Of a DNA stretch of 32,000 nt, positions 20,823-30,253 are shown in pieces. The stretch is taken from the NCBI GenBank assembly GCA_029259355.1, contig JAPDIZ010000007.1, forward strand, positions 46,565 through 78,564, in the 5' to 3' direction. Numbering within the stretch: position 1 is the stretch's first letter; every line of letters starts with the position of its first letter. The notes under the pieces are model-generated. The model saw only the letters and a list, made by a program, of their open reading frames with translations. It was not told the origin of the DNA and made no database searches. The position numbers were made by a program, and so were the translations under genes. The DNA is from Candidatus Bathyarchaeota archaeon (GTDB taxonomy: Archaea; Thermoproteota; Bathyarchaeia; JAPDIZ01).

Positions 20823-22582
20823 CGCCCCAGATCACGCTCCACAAAAAGCGCTACCGCAAACAAGGGAAGCAGAAGACCAAGCGTAAAAACCTGCTGCGCA
20901 AGGTCAGAGAAGCCTTGCCTAATCGCTAAGTAGTTGGATATGGCGATTGCGAGGAAGCCTGCGTACACAGCTCCCCACCTATACCCCCTCAAAGCCGCGA
21001 GCGCAGAAGCTACAAGCAGCGCAGCAAAGAGGTACGTAGCTAAGCTGGCAGAAAGCCCTGGCTGAAAAGCTACGGCGCAAGCTGTCACAGCTAGAAAACC
21101 TGTTAGCAAGAGACTTCCCTTGGAGAACTTGGCAAACCCCTTTTTGACGAGCTCCCAAGCGAGCGCGCACAACAACACAGCAGATGCAGCTAAACAAACC
21201 CACATACCGGGAGCTTCGACGGGAGCCCAAATCGGATTCCACAAGTCATCTCTAACCCAAGGTGAGTACACGTACAGCGTCAGATATACAGCGATCAAAA
21301 GCGCTAACGCCTTGGGAAGCATGCTCGTCCTACCGGGAGCGCGTTCCGAAGCACTTTTGCTCGGCTTAAGCATGCAGAGAAGCATGGCTATGAAAGCAAA
21401 GACGCTGTTGAGCCCAAGCGCTACAGAGACCTTTCCCGAAGTCTTCAGCGGCCAGAGACCGCTCGTAATCACCGATGAAAAGAAGGGTGCGATGTACCTG
21501 TAGGGCTGAAACGAGTTAGCTCTAGCTGGAAACAGCAGAGGAAAAAGCCACATAGCGTGTACTGGAGTTGAGGTAAAGGCTTGGGTAGTGCAGAGAGCGA
21601 TTATCACAAAAGGCAGGGGCCAAAGCGCCGATTGGCAAGCTATCCACGTATAGCTAACTATCACGACTAGGGCTGCGACTCCAAAACATCGACTAACTAA
21701 CCCCGCATCTAGGCTGTCGAACCACCCACGCCTAAACATGAGGAGCATGGAGACGCCCATCAACGCAAGCAGAGTAGCTTGCCAGCACATGCTTTGGTCG
21801 AGACCAAGCCTCGCAAAAGGCTGAACCCTGTATAGGTACCACCATATAGAGAGCTGGGTAGGCCACCTAACAGCTGCTTCAGCAGAAGCCGCAAATACTC
21901 TTCCAACAGCTAGCAGCGGAGAAAAAACCGCTACAAACGCTGCGCCAAAAGACAGAATGCTTTTCACCGCCTCAGCAAAGCCCTTGGTCCTCAAAGAGAT
22001 CGCTAGGTAGACTGGTAGGAGAAATACTGGATAAAGCTTGTATCCCGCCGCAACTGCGAGCAGAGCTGCGCCGAGGCAATACCTCCTCCTAGTAAGTGCA
22101 TATGCTGATAGAAGCGTGAAGAGGACTGGTATGGAGTCGAACATGCCGAAGACTTCTCCGAAGAAGATCGCCAGCGGGTTAAGCACCCAAATAGACGCGC
22201 CCAAAATCGCTTTCTTCTCGCTGTTTGTCGAGTCGTAGATCATTTGGTATATCACGAAGCCGATGGCTAGGTCGCAGAACACCATGGGCGTCTTCAGAAT
22301 GGTGAAGAGCATCGCCTCATGCTGCCAAAAGCTAGGCAACACGAGGTAAAGAGGGTAGATTGCGAGGAGAGTTATCGTCCAGAGCGACCCATATCCGTAA
22401 AAGAAGTAGAAGGGATTTGCCCCCACCTCATACGCTACTACGCATACCCATATCCACGTCTTTACGTCATCGCTTACGGTAAATGGTGCTAGCACAAACC
22501 GGATAATCAGCCCAATGGCCAACAGGTGCCAGATGCTGGTAGACCTTAGCTTTTCAGAGACTCTCAGTAGGGTCTTCTCCAT
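20819..22582 (-). CDS. Polytopic GT-C fold glycosyltransferase (DUF2029/GT87- or PIG-V-like)
   Basis: The ATG at 22582 (MEKTLLRVSEK...) is chosen because the longer ORF to 22756 overlaps the divergent neighbour. The first loop motif IRFVLAPFTVSDDVKTW is followed by more than 12 predicted TM helices. Confidence 0.7.
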   Translation of the reverse strand: MEKTLLRVSEKLRSTSIWHLLAIGLIIRFVLAPFTVSDDVKTWIWVCVVAYEVGANPFYFFYGYGSLWTITLLAIYPLYLVLPSFWQHEAMLFTILKTPMVFCDLAIGFVIYQMIYDSTNSEKKAILGASIWVLNPLAIFFGEVFGMFDSIPVLFTLLSAYALTRRRYCLGAALLAVAAGYKLYPVFLLPVYLAISLRTKGFAEAVKSILSFGAAFVAVFSPLLAVGRVFAASAEAAVRWPTQLSIWWYLYRVQPFARLGLDQSMCWQATLLALMGVSMLLMFRRGWFDSLDAGLVSRCFGVAALVVIVSYTWIACQSALWPLPFVIIALCTTQAFTSTPVHAMWLFPLLFPARANSFQPYRYIAPFFSSVITSGLWPLKTSGKVSVALGLNSVFAFIAMLLCMLKPSKSASERAPGRTSMLPKALALLIAVYLTLYVYSPWVRDDLWNPIWAPVEAPGMWVCLAASAVLLCALAWELVKKGFAKFSKGSLLLTGFLAVTACAVAFQPGLSASLATYLFAALLVASALAALRGYRWGAVYAGFLAIAISNYLAIRQGFSDLAQQVFTLGLLLPLFAVALFVERDLGR

Positions 22583-22661
22583 ACGTACATCCTCAGCAAA
22601 GCTACCTGCGGTAGCCTTTTTACCGCTTACGCTATAGCCCTTAAGGTTGGTGCGAGCATAG

Positions 22662-24083
22662 ATGAAGCACGAGCATCTGGCCGTGTTTGCCGTTAAGGTA
22701 AAGTCTTTGTTTGGCGCGCTCTTGAGAAAGCCAAGCACCTCCTTCTTGGTTGCCACACCAATAGCCTATCACGTAGTCCTAGCCTACCTATATGGGGCAG
22801 AGCTCCTTGATTCCCCCTTTCCAGATGTCTGGGGATACGTCTCCACAGGCCTCTACCTAGTTGGGGAAGAGGTCGCTGTATGCGTACGCGACATGCCGCT
22901 TGTGCTGCCGCTATTCTGCGGAACCCTCTACATAGTCCTAGGCTTTCCAACCTTCCTATACTATCTTTGGTTCTGGAACGCGGCAATAATGTCCTTAGCC
23001 ATTGTTTCGGCATATGCTTTGATGAGTAAGCTCTACGACAGAAAGACCGGAGTTTTGGCGGCACTACTCCTCGGGTTTAACTGGAACGCGGGGTACTACG
23101 GACAACTTCTGCTAGTAGATTTTGCTTGGGCAGCCTTCGCCCTAGCGTCGCTCGCCTTCTTGGTCAAGTACCTAGGAGAAAGAGAGGATGAGCGCTCGCT
23201 GCTTCTATCAGGCGTGCTTGCTGCTGTCGCTTGCTGGACAAAATTCGTGGCGTTCTACACGTACCTTCCGATATTCTTCGGCTTAATGCTAGCGAAGAAA
23301 TTGACTCGCAGAGCCCTAGGCATCGGGTTAGCTGGCTTCGTTTTGGGAAGCTTGTTCTTCATGCTTGTTTGTCTCCTCAGGTACGGAAACCCCATTGAGC
23401 CCATACTAAATGAGTACCGAGTTATTGCGCCCAAGGGGGAGGTGCGCTTGGAATTTACCCCACAGTACTTTGCTTGGGTGCACAAAGCCATAGGGTTCTT
23501 GCCACATGTGCTTATGTTCGTGGGAGTTGCAGCTTCTCTAGCCAAGAGAAAGTTTCTCCTGCCCATATGGGCACACTACGGCATACTGGTGTACTCGTTT
23601 GGCTTGCTCACCGTATGCTGGCAGTACACAGCTCATATGATGTTCCTCTTCGCGCTTCTCGCTGCTGTGGGTGAAGCTGCTCTTTTCGACGCAGCTTACA
23701 GGATTGGTCGAAGAGGTCTAAGAGTTTTGGCGCTGGCGTTAGTTGGAACACTGTGCGTAGCCGCAGTGGCGAATACCAACTATCTCTTCATGGGATACAA
23801 CCTCATCACATCCTACGACAGGACCATCAGAGACTCCATACCCCTCCACAAAGCCTTGGAGAAACCGCCTAGGGAGCAGAGGCTGGCTGAACGCTTCCTA
23901 GCCCTTAAACCAGAGATGACTATTGAAAAAGTAGCGAGCAGTGGGTACCCAGACAACTGTGCTTACTCCATACTCCTCGTATCTAACGACCTCTTTGCTC
24001 GCAGGCTTGCTCTGCTCCTAGGGGTTGTTGCCTTAGCAGCTGCGGCTTATGTTCTGAGGAGATCAGCGCTTCCTAAGCTTTAG
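22662..24083 (+). CDS. Polytopic GT-C fold glycosyltransferase (ArnT/PMT_2, GT39/83-like)
   Basis: 12 or more hydrophobic helices. The segment LPLFCGTLYIVLGFPTFLYYLWFWNAAIMSLAIVSAYALMSKLYDRKTGVLAALLLGF matches the ArnT/PMT-type pattern. ATG sits about 26 nt after a CTATAG TATA-like element. Confidence 0.7.
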   Translation: MKHEHLAVFAVKVKSLFGALLRKPSTSFLVATPIAYHVVLAYLYGAELLDSPFPDVWGYVSTGLYLVGEEVAVCVRDMPLVLPLFCGTLYIVLGFPTFLYYLWFWNAAIMSLAIVSAYALMSKLYDRKTGVLAALLLGFNWNAGYYGQLLLVDFAWAAFALASLAFLVKYLGEREDERSLLLSGVLAAVACWTKFVAFYTYLPIFFGLMLAKKLTRRALGIGLAGFVLGSLFFMLVCLLRYGNPIEPILNEYRVIAPKGEVRLEFTPQYFAWVHKAIGFLPHVLMFVGVAASLAKRKFLLPIWAHYGILVYSFGLLTVCWQYTAHMMFLFALLAAVGEAALFDAAYRIGRRGLRVLALALVGTLCVAAVANTNYLFMGYNLITSYDRTIRDSIPLHKALEKPPREQRLAERFLALKPEMTIEKVASSGYPDNCAYSILLVSNDLFARRLALLLGVVALAAAAYVLRRSALPKL

Positions 24084-25224
24084 CAGCGGAGTAAAGCTCT
24101 CTATACGCTTTTGCGAAATCCTCCCAAGTCCAGCTAAGGGCTTTCTTCCTCAGCGCCTCGCCAACTTCCTCAGCGTTTTCAAGCGCATACCTAACGGCTT
24201 TGGCTAAGCTAGCGGGGTCGTTGGGCTTGCCGAGGAGCTCGGGCGGAAGGTCCTCCCTAGCCTTGTACACGTCGTGGCTGACAACGGGCTTTCCCAAATA
24301 AGACACGTCCCCCAAGGCTGTGCTGGCTCCGATGATGTACTCTTCGTCGTATGTTACCAAAACTACGTCAGCTTGTTGTAGAATCTTGAGCTTCTCCTCA
24401 CCATCTACGTACTTCCTGACAAAGACCACCCTATCCTGCAAGCCCTCCTCCCGAACAAGCTTTTCCAGCAACAAGCCATAGCCCTGCGCTCTGGGATGGT
24501 CTGGTCCAACGATGAAAAGCTCACAGTCATCGAGGTACTTCATCATCTTGATGGCGTCGAAAAGACCTCGCCCAGGCCTAGGTAATCCGAGAAAGACCAA
24601 CCGCTTTTTCCCCCTCTTTGGGCTATCTCGCGCAGGAGATACGCCGTCGTACACTACGTTTCCATACTTCACAACCACAACCTTCTCTGGCGAAATGCCG
24701 TAGTCAGAAACCAGCACCTTCTTGCCCTCTTCTAAGGTAACGGCTACTAGGTCTGCCAACTTGGCAGAAAGCTTTGTGATAAGCCAAATCCCAAGCCTAA
24801 GCAAAGGAGTTAAAGCCACCGCCTTAGTATACCTGCGGAAAAACGGCTTGTCTAGCTTGCTCAGCGGAAGCACGCTGTGCATGGTTAGGACAATAGGCTT
24901 TCTCACCAAAAATTTGAGAAGCACCAGCATAAGCGGGAAGAGAGGAGCGTATCTCACACCGCCATACAGAAGATACTCGTGGTGGACGTTTACCACGTCG
25001 GGCTTTACCTTAATGGCGGACCACGCAACACTCAGGGGATACGTGGCTGACCCATCTCTCCACGCCTTATGCACGAACACTCCTCCATCATCGACGTAGT
25101 CGTCGGTGCAAGCAAGAGCATGGACCTCTGCCCCAAGCTTGGAGAGGTTTCTGGCGAGGTACTGCACTACCACAGCTATTCCGCACCGAGTAGGGGGGTA
25201 TGTCGAGACCAAAGCAACTCTCAA
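24073..25224 (-). CDS. Glycosyltransferase, GT-B fold, family 4-like
   Basis: N-terminal MRVALVSTYPPTRCGIAVVV is typical of GT4 enzymes. The TTG start overlaps the epimerase stop (TTGA). Confidence 0.8.
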   Translation of the reverse strand: MRVALVSTYPPTRCGIAVVVQYLARNLSKLGAEVHALACTDDYVDDGGVFVHKAWRDGSATYPLSVAWSAIKVKPDVVNVHHEYLLYGGVRYAPLFPLMLVLLKFLVRKPIVLTMHSVLPLSKLDKPFFRRYTKAVALTPLLRLGIWLITKLSAKLADLVAVTLEEGKKVLVSDYGISPEKVVVVKYGNVVYDGVSPARDSPKRGKKRLVFLGLPRPGRGLFDAIKMMKYLDDCELFIVGPDHPRAQGYGLLLEKLVREEGLQDRVVFVRKYVDGEEKLKILQQADVVLVTYDEEYIIGASTALGDVSYLGKPVVSHDVYKAREDLPPELLGKPNDPASLAKAVRYALENAEEVGEALRKKALSWTWEDFAKAYRELYSAAKA

Positions 25225-26204
25225 CCGCGAGACAACCCCTTAAGTCGGTTAACCAACCAGCTAACGGTTGGAGAAAGCCCCTTCTCAAGGGTGTACGCTG
25301 GCTTGTAGCCGATCAACCTAAAAGCTTTCTCGATGTTGGCTTGGCTATGCCTTATCTCGCCTAGTCGAGGAGGCGCGTGCAAAGCATCGACCTCCTCTTT
25401 GCCCAGCAGCTTTCCAATCGCCTTAGCAAGGTCTTTGATGGTGGTTCGAATTCCAGACCCTACATTAAGCACTTCACCTATAGCTCTATCGCTTGATAAA
25501 ACCCTGATCAGTGCTTCGACTACATCGTCTACGTACACGAAATCCCTAGTCTGTAACCCATCTCCATAGATGACTACAGGCTCGTCCCTGACCATCCTCT
25601 CGACGAAGGAGGAGATGACGTTTGCATAACCCCCAACGCCTTGTCCTGGGCCGTAGACGTTGAACAGCCGAAGCACAACCGTCTCCACTTCGTACAAGTC
25701 TTGAAAAATTTGGCAATACCTCTCACCTACGAGCTTGGAGACGCCGTAGGGGGAAAGGGGATTTAGGGGGTGCTCCTCATCTATTGGGAGGTATTGAGCT
25801 TCGCCATAGACTGCGCACGACGAGGCGTACACAAACCTCTTAGTACCAGCGTCTACGCAGGCTTTCAGCACGAGCAAAGTTCCGAGGGCGTTTACCCTAT
25901 CCACCTCTTCTGGCACCTCCATCGATGCCGAGACATCGACAAGTGCTGCGAGGTGGACGATAGCTTCCGCTGAGGCTAAGGCTTTGCTCAACTGCTTTTC
26001 TCCCGCGAGAATGTCCCCCCTCACAACGGTCAGTTTTCCGCTAAGATCATCCTTAGCAATGCTTTCCAACATCCTCTGGCGAGCACTGTTTTCTAAGACA
26101 TCGAACACTATGACGTCTACGCCCAGCGAGAGCAACCTCTTGACTAAGTGTAGCCCGATGAAGCCTGCTCCTCCAGTTACCAACACACTGCTGACTTTGC
26201 TCAT
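25221..26204 (-). CDS. NAD-dependent nucleotide-sugar epimerase/dehydratase (SDR)
   Basis: The ATG at 26204 gives MSKVSSVLVTGGAGFIGLHL (Rossmann GxxGxxG). Catalytic YGVSK (YxxxK) is present. The longer ORF to 26303 overlaps the divergent promoter and the GT2 start. Confidence 0.85.
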   Translation of the reverse strand: MSKVSSVLVTGGAGFIGLHLVKRLLSLGVDVIVFDVLENSARQRMLESIAKDDLSGKLTVVRGDILAGEKQLSKALASAEAIVHLAALVDVSASMEVPEEVDRVNALGTLLVLKACVDAGTKRFVYASSCAVYGEAQYLPIDEEHPLNPLSPYGVSKLVGERYCQIFQDLYEVETVVLRLFNVYGPGQGVGGYANVISSFVERMVRDEPVVIYGDGLQTRDFVYVDDVVEALIRVLSSDRAIGEVLNVGSGIRTTIKDLAKAIGKLLGKEEVDALHAPPRLGEIRHSQANIEKAFRLIGYKPAYTLEKGLSPTVSWLVNRLKGLSRG

Positions 26205-26243
26205 CACTTGCCACGCAGCGCCCGCGCAGATATCCTTAAGCCC

Positions 26244-26250
26244 TTTTAAA
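26244..26250. promoter_or_regulatory. Shared TATA element (TTTTAAA) between the divergent epimerase and GT2 operons
   Basis: It is centred 31 nt from the GT2 ATG (26278) and 43 nt from the epimerase ATG (26204). Confidence 0.45.
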
Positions 26251-26277
26251 GTAGTGATAAGCTTTAGCTTGGCGCTG

Positions 26278-27216
26278 ATGAAGATGTCTCCAAAGATAAC
26301 CATAGGCGTGGTAGCCTACGAGGAAGAGGAAACCATAGGCGAAGCTCTTCAGCGAATAGTCGAGCAGATCAGCGGAGACGCTTACGAGGTGCTGGTGGTA
26401 GCTGGTGGCAGAGACCGTACTTTGGAGATTGTGAAGAGCTTCGCCAGAGAGCATCCAGAGCTAATAAGGGTTTTTGAGGAAAAAGAAAGGCGAGGGAAGC
26501 CGGCAGCTGTAAACACTATTGTGGAAAACGCTCGTGGAGAAATCGTTGTGCTAACAGATGGCGACGTCTTCCTCGAAGCAGGATCTGTCGAGGCGCTCAT
26601 TTCAGCCTTCAACGATGAGAGAGTTGGCTTAGCCTGTGGAAGACCCGTTCCCCTCAACGACAGAAACAGCCTCTTCGGGTTTTGGGCACACTACCTCTAT
26701 CAAGTTGCTCACGAGAAGAGGCTTGAGAAATCCTCTGCGGAGAAGCCATTCAGCCCAACGGGGTATCTCCTAGCAATAAGGAAGGAGGCTTTTTCACCCA
26801 TACCAAGCGAGGCTTTGGCGGATGATGCTTACTTAGGTATGCTGGTAAGTCGAAGAGGATACCTCCTCAGATACGAGCCCAAAGCTAGGGTGTTGGTTAG
26901 ATTTCCCGAAACCATTTCGGATTTCCTCAGGCAAAAGAGGAGAACCTTCGGAGGCTTTGTGCAGGTGAAGGGGGCTTTTGGACAAGCTGATCGCGACGTG
27001 CTAAAAGAAGCTCTTGAGGGAGTTCCGAAAGGCCTTAGGTATTGCAGAAGCTTCAGAGAACTAGGTTTCTTCGCAGTGCTCTGCCTCGTTAGGTTGCTGA
27101 CGTGGATAGCTGCTTGGAGAGACGTTAGGAGGAAGAGGTTAGCTGAGATTTGGGTGCCCGCAAAATCCACCAAGAGAATGTGGCGGGTTAGGAGTGGTGT
27201 CGAAAAATCGGGTTAG
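26278..27216 (+). CDS. Family 2 glycosyltransferase with C-terminal membrane anchor (Dol-P-sugar synthase-like)
   Basis: ITIGVVAYEEEETIGEAL, a DGD (DxD) motif in VVLTDGDVFL, and a C-terminal hydrophobic segment FFAVLCLVRLLTWIAAW. The ORF-track N-terminal 98 aa is antisense to the epimerase and is discarded. Confidence 0.85.
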   Translation: MKMSPKITIGVVAYEEEETIGEALQRIVEQISGDAYEVLVVAGGRDRTLEIVKSFAREHPELIRVFEEKERRGKPAAVNTIVENARGEIVVLTDGDVFLEAGSVEALISAFNDERVGLACGRPVPLNDRNSLFGFWAHYLYQVAHEKRLEKSSAEKPFSPTGYLLAIRKEAFSPIPSEALADDAYLGMLVSRRGYLLRYEPKARVLVRFPETISDFLRQKRRTFGGFVQVKGAFGQADRDVLKEALEGVPKGLRYCRSFRELGFFAVLCLVRLLTWIAAWRDVRRKRLAEIWVPAKSTKRMWRVRSGVEKSG

Positions 27217-27670
27217 GGCCATCGCATCTCTCGTCGCGGCCATAGCCTTCGTAGCATTCTGTGCACTCAACGCACAAAGCAACCGTTGGTCGAGCCCTCT
27301 GCGCGATGCACCAAACGTAGTCCCCGCCGCTGTGCTGGTGAAATACCCCAAGCGGTACGAGAGCTTGTATGTGAAGACGTACGACGAGGTAGTGGATGTA
27401 CGCGAAGCAGGAGCGGGGTGTCTTATCGAGCTGAGGTCGGGCGTCTTGGTCTACGTAGAAGATCGCATCCCCCTCAACGTGGTTGGAAAGCGCGTAACGG
27501 TTTGGGGGACTTGTTTGCTGGAATCTGAGGGATGTGTTCGCGCAGACAGTGTCCACGTACACGAAAACGCGTATGTAGAGTACTTGCTCTCAGCAGCTGG
27601 TCTCGTTTTCATCACGCTCTATGCTCTATGGAGTTGGAAGAAGCCGTGTGCGACTGGGCTACGCACTTAG
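27194..27670 (+). CDS. Bitopic membrane protein with a central beta-rich (OB-like) domain (hypothetical)
   Basis: GTG start overlapping the GT2 3' end. N-terminal helix IASLVAAIAFVAFCAL, a beta-strand-rich core, and a C-terminal helix LLSAAGLVFITLYALW. Confidence 0.5.
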   Translation: MVSKNRVRAIASLVAAIAFVAFCALNAQSNRWSSPLRDAPNVVPAAVLVKYPKRYESLYVKTYDEVVDVREAGAGCLIELRSGVLVYVEDRIPLNVVGKRVTVWGTCLLESEGCVRADSVHVHENAYVEYLLSAAGLVFITLYALWSWKKPCATGLRT

Positions 27671-28107
27671 CTGTTGCGTGGATGCTTGGAGAAGCCCTGA
27701 ACATACGAAGACGGAGGATCGCCCTCCTAATAGGAGCTGTGCTGCCTGATTCGTATAAGCTGTTGACGATTCCTCTCGAGAAAACGGGGTTGTTTTCGGC
27801 TACGCCTGAGGTTATCCTCTTCCTAGAGCCCTTCCACTCCCTCACAGGCGGAGTTCTTGTATCGCTTGTAGCTTCAGCTTTCTTCGAAGATGATTTGCGA
27901 AGCGTGTTTCCTCTTATATTCTTGGGCTACACTAGCCACTTGCTACTAGACTGCCTACTCCCATTTGGCCCGCCTCTGTTTCTGCCCATATCCCCCATCT
28001 ACTTTGGCCTCCAGCTAGTTTGGCAAGAAGACTGGTTTCCAGCTGTGGTAGCCAGTACAGCTGCGCTTGTGATCACATGTGTCAGAAGCTGGTTTCGGGG
28101 TGGTTGA
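27628..28107 (+). CDS. Membrane-bound metal-dependent hydrolase-like protein (DUF457/YdjM-like)
   Basis: The ATG at 27628 gives MELEEAVCDWATHLAVAWMLGE, the THL start region typical of the family, followed by 4-5 hydrophobic helices and a His in HLLLD. It overlaps the preceding ORF by about 43 nt. Confidence 0.6.
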   Translation: MELEEAVCDWATHLAVAWMLGEALNIRRRRIALLIGAVLPDSYKLLTIPLEKTGLFSATPEVILFLEPFHSLTGGVLVSLVASAFFEDDLRSVFPLIFLGYTSHLLLDCLLPFGPPLFLPISPIYFGLQLVWQEDWFPAVVASTAALVITCVRSWFRGG

Positions 28108-29268
28108 GTGAAGGTGGCGAAAGTACTCGCCTTTTTCTCGCCGGGGCAAGGCAGCTTGATGGCGAGCGAGTACTTCCTGTACAGAGAACTCAGTAGAAGA
28201 GGTTATGAGGTGGAGATGTATGCAAGCGACATCCCTGCGGGGAGGTATCTCGAGAAGCAGAGGCTTAGCGAGGGATCGTGCGATGGCATTAGAGTAGTTC
28301 GCTGCTTCACCTTGATGAACCTGGGGGGAGATATGCCCATAACCCCCTCAATAGTCGAAAAGCTTGGGAAAACAGACGCAGACCTAATACACGTTCACGA
28401 ATACTACAACCTATCTTCTGTAGCTGGCTGGTTGGTGGCGAAGAAAAAGTCCATCCCGCTGGTTTTGGCCCAAGAGAGATACTACGATCCGCATCGACCC
28501 GTGTACAGGCCCTTTTTCGTGCTAGCTGAGAGCACCATCTGCAAGAAGGTGGTGGAAGACTGCGCAGCGGTAAACGCTTACTCCACAGCAGCAAAGGACT
28601 ACATACTCCGCAAGTGGAGCTTGAAAAAGTCCGTCTGGATAACGCCTATGTGCACAGACGTAAAGGAGCTCTTCAAACCTAGGAGATCGGATTTCAGACA
28701 GGTTTTAGGCGTAGGAGACGATGAGCTACTTATTCTTTCGGTCGCTAGGATGCACAGAAGCAAGGGACTACACTACCTGATAGCTGCTTTCAAAAAGCTG
28801 CGCCGAGAAGTTGGCGAAACAAAGCTGGTGCTGGTGGGTAGGGGGCCAGAGGAAGCTGCTATTCGAAAGACAGTGAGCTACTTCGGCTTAGAAGACCGCG
28901 TAGTGGTGTATACAGAGCCCATCCCCTACGCAGAAATGTGGAGAGTATACAACTCATGCGACATCTACGTCCAGCCCAGCTTATGGGAGACGTTTGGGCT
29001 AAGCGTTGTAGAGGCTATGGGCTGCGCAAAGCCTGTGGTGGTCGCTAGCGAAGGAGGGTTAAGGGACATAGTCATAGAATGCTCTCATGGGCTTAGAACG
29101 CCTCCCAGAGACGTGGAGCAGCTATATGCTTGCCTCAAGCTGCTTGCTCAAAACCCCCAGCTCAGAGCTGAAATGGGTAAAAAAGCTCGTGAAAGAGCTC
29201 TCAGCTTCGACTACAGAGAAGTAGCTGAGGTCTACGACAAGCTATATAGGTCTATTGCAGAGCAGTAG
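28108..29268 (+). CDS. Glycosyltransferase family 4
   Basis: E-x7-E region SLWETFGLSVVEAMGCAKPVV. The GTG start immediately follows the upstream stop. Confidence 0.85.
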   Translation: MKVAKVLAFFSPGQGSLMASEYFLYRELSRRGYEVEMYASDIPAGRYLEKQRLSEGSCDGIRVVRCFTLMNLGGDMPITPSIVEKLGKTDADLIHVHEYYNLSSVAGWLVAKKKSIPLVLAQERYYDPHRPVYRPFFVLAESTICKKVVEDCAAVNAYSTAAKDYILRKWSLKKSVWITPMCTDVKELFKPRRSDFRQVLGVGDDELLILSVARMHRSKGLHYLIAAFKKLRREVGETKLVLVGRGPEEAAIRKTVSYFGLEDRVVVYTEPIPYAEMWRVYNSCDIYVQPSLWETFGLSVVEAMGCAKPVVVASEGGLRDIVIECSHGLRTPPRDVEQLYACLKLLAQNPQLRAEMGKKARERALSFDYREVAEVYDKLYRSIAEQ

Positions 29269-29289
29269 CGGTGGCAGGGGAAGGCGGAG

Positions 29290-30252
29290 TTGGCGCAGAG
29301 AATCTTCATCACCGGAGGCGCTGGCTTCATCGGCTCGCACTTAGCTGATCGCTTGTTGGAGCAAGGCTATCAAGTCGTCGTCTACGACAACTTCAGCGAC
29401 TTCTACAGCCCCAGCGAAAAGAGGGCAAACGTAAGCAAGCGTCTCAAAAACCCTAGGTACCACCTAGTTGAGGGCGATATCTTAGACTACGAACTGCTAA
29501 CAAGCGCTATGAAGGGCGCTGACGTGGTGGTGCACCAAGCAGCTCAGCCAGGTGTTCGCTTCTCGATAAAGAACCCTGAGAAAACCCATGAGGTAAACGT
29601 TACCGGGACGCTCATGGTTCTTAAAGCTGCTGAGAAGAACGAGGTGAAAAAGGTCGTTTTCGCATCTTCCTCCTCGGTATACGGCGTGCCCAAGTACCTC
29701 CCCCTTGACGAGGAGCACCCCACCAACCCTACATCGCCATACGCTGCCTCAAAGCTAGCAGCTGAAAAGTACTGCCAAGCCTTTCAGACGGTTTATGGGC
29801 TAAACATCGTAGTGCTTAGGTACTTCTCGGTTTATGGACCAAGGATGCGCCCAGACCTCTCGCTTAGATCATTTGTCGAAAGAGTGCTGAGCGGACAGCC
29901 CCCCATCATATACGGCGATGGAAACCAGTCCAGAGACTGGACCTACATAGACGATGCGATAAGCGCTACAGTCGCCGCCATCGAGAGGGAGGAAGCGGTT
30001 GGTGAGGTGTTCAACATCGGATGCGGAAACAGGACTACGGTGAACCAAGCAGCGCACATGATAATATCCCTTCTGGGGAAGGAGGGAGAGATATCGCCAA
30101 TTCACGAACCAGCCTACAAGGGAGATTTTCCGCACACACAAGCAAACATCGCCAAAGCTCGAAAAATCTTGGGGTACATGCCCAGCGTATCGCTTGAGGA
30201 GGGGGTGAAGCGGTTAATCGAATGGTGTAAGACAGTACGCCAGATGCGGTGA
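29290..30252 (+). CDS. NAD-dependent nucleotide-sugar 4-epimerase/dehydratase (GalE-like SDR)
   Basis: IFITGGAGFIGSHL and YAASK (YxxxK). It is a close paralog of 25221..26204 (for example SSSVYGVPKYLPLDEEHPTNPTSPY versus SCAVYGEAQYLPIDEEHPLNPLSPY). Confidence 0.9.
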   Translation: MAQRIFITGGAGFIGSHLADRLLEQGYQVVVYDNFSDFYSPSEKRANVSKRLKNPRYHLVEGDILDYELLTSAMKGADVVVHQAAQPGVRFSIKNPEKTHEVNVTGTLMVLKAAEKNEVKKVVFASSSSVYGVPKYLPLDEEHPTNPTSPYAASKLAAEKYCQAFQTVYGLNIVVLRYFSVYGPRMRPDLSLRSFVERVLSGQPPIIYGDGNQSRDWTYIDDAISATVAAIEREEAVGEVFNIGCGNRTTVNQAAHMIISLLGKEGEISPIHEPAYKGDFPHTQANIAKARKILGYMPSVSLEEGVKRLIEWCKTVRQMR

Positions 30253-30253
30253 G

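Noticed and set aside
22583-22756. 58-aa N-terminal extension of the GT-C ORF 20819..22756.
   Set aside because: It would overlap the divergent ArnT-like gene start and the promoter spacer. The ATG at 22582 precedes the first TM helix and has a TATA-like element (GGTAAAAAGG) at the right distance.
25984-26277. 98-aa N-terminal extension of the GT2 ORF.
   Set aside because: It is antisense to the epimerase gene and crosses the divergent promoter. The typical GT2 N-terminus (ITIGVVAY...) begins right after the ATG at 26278.
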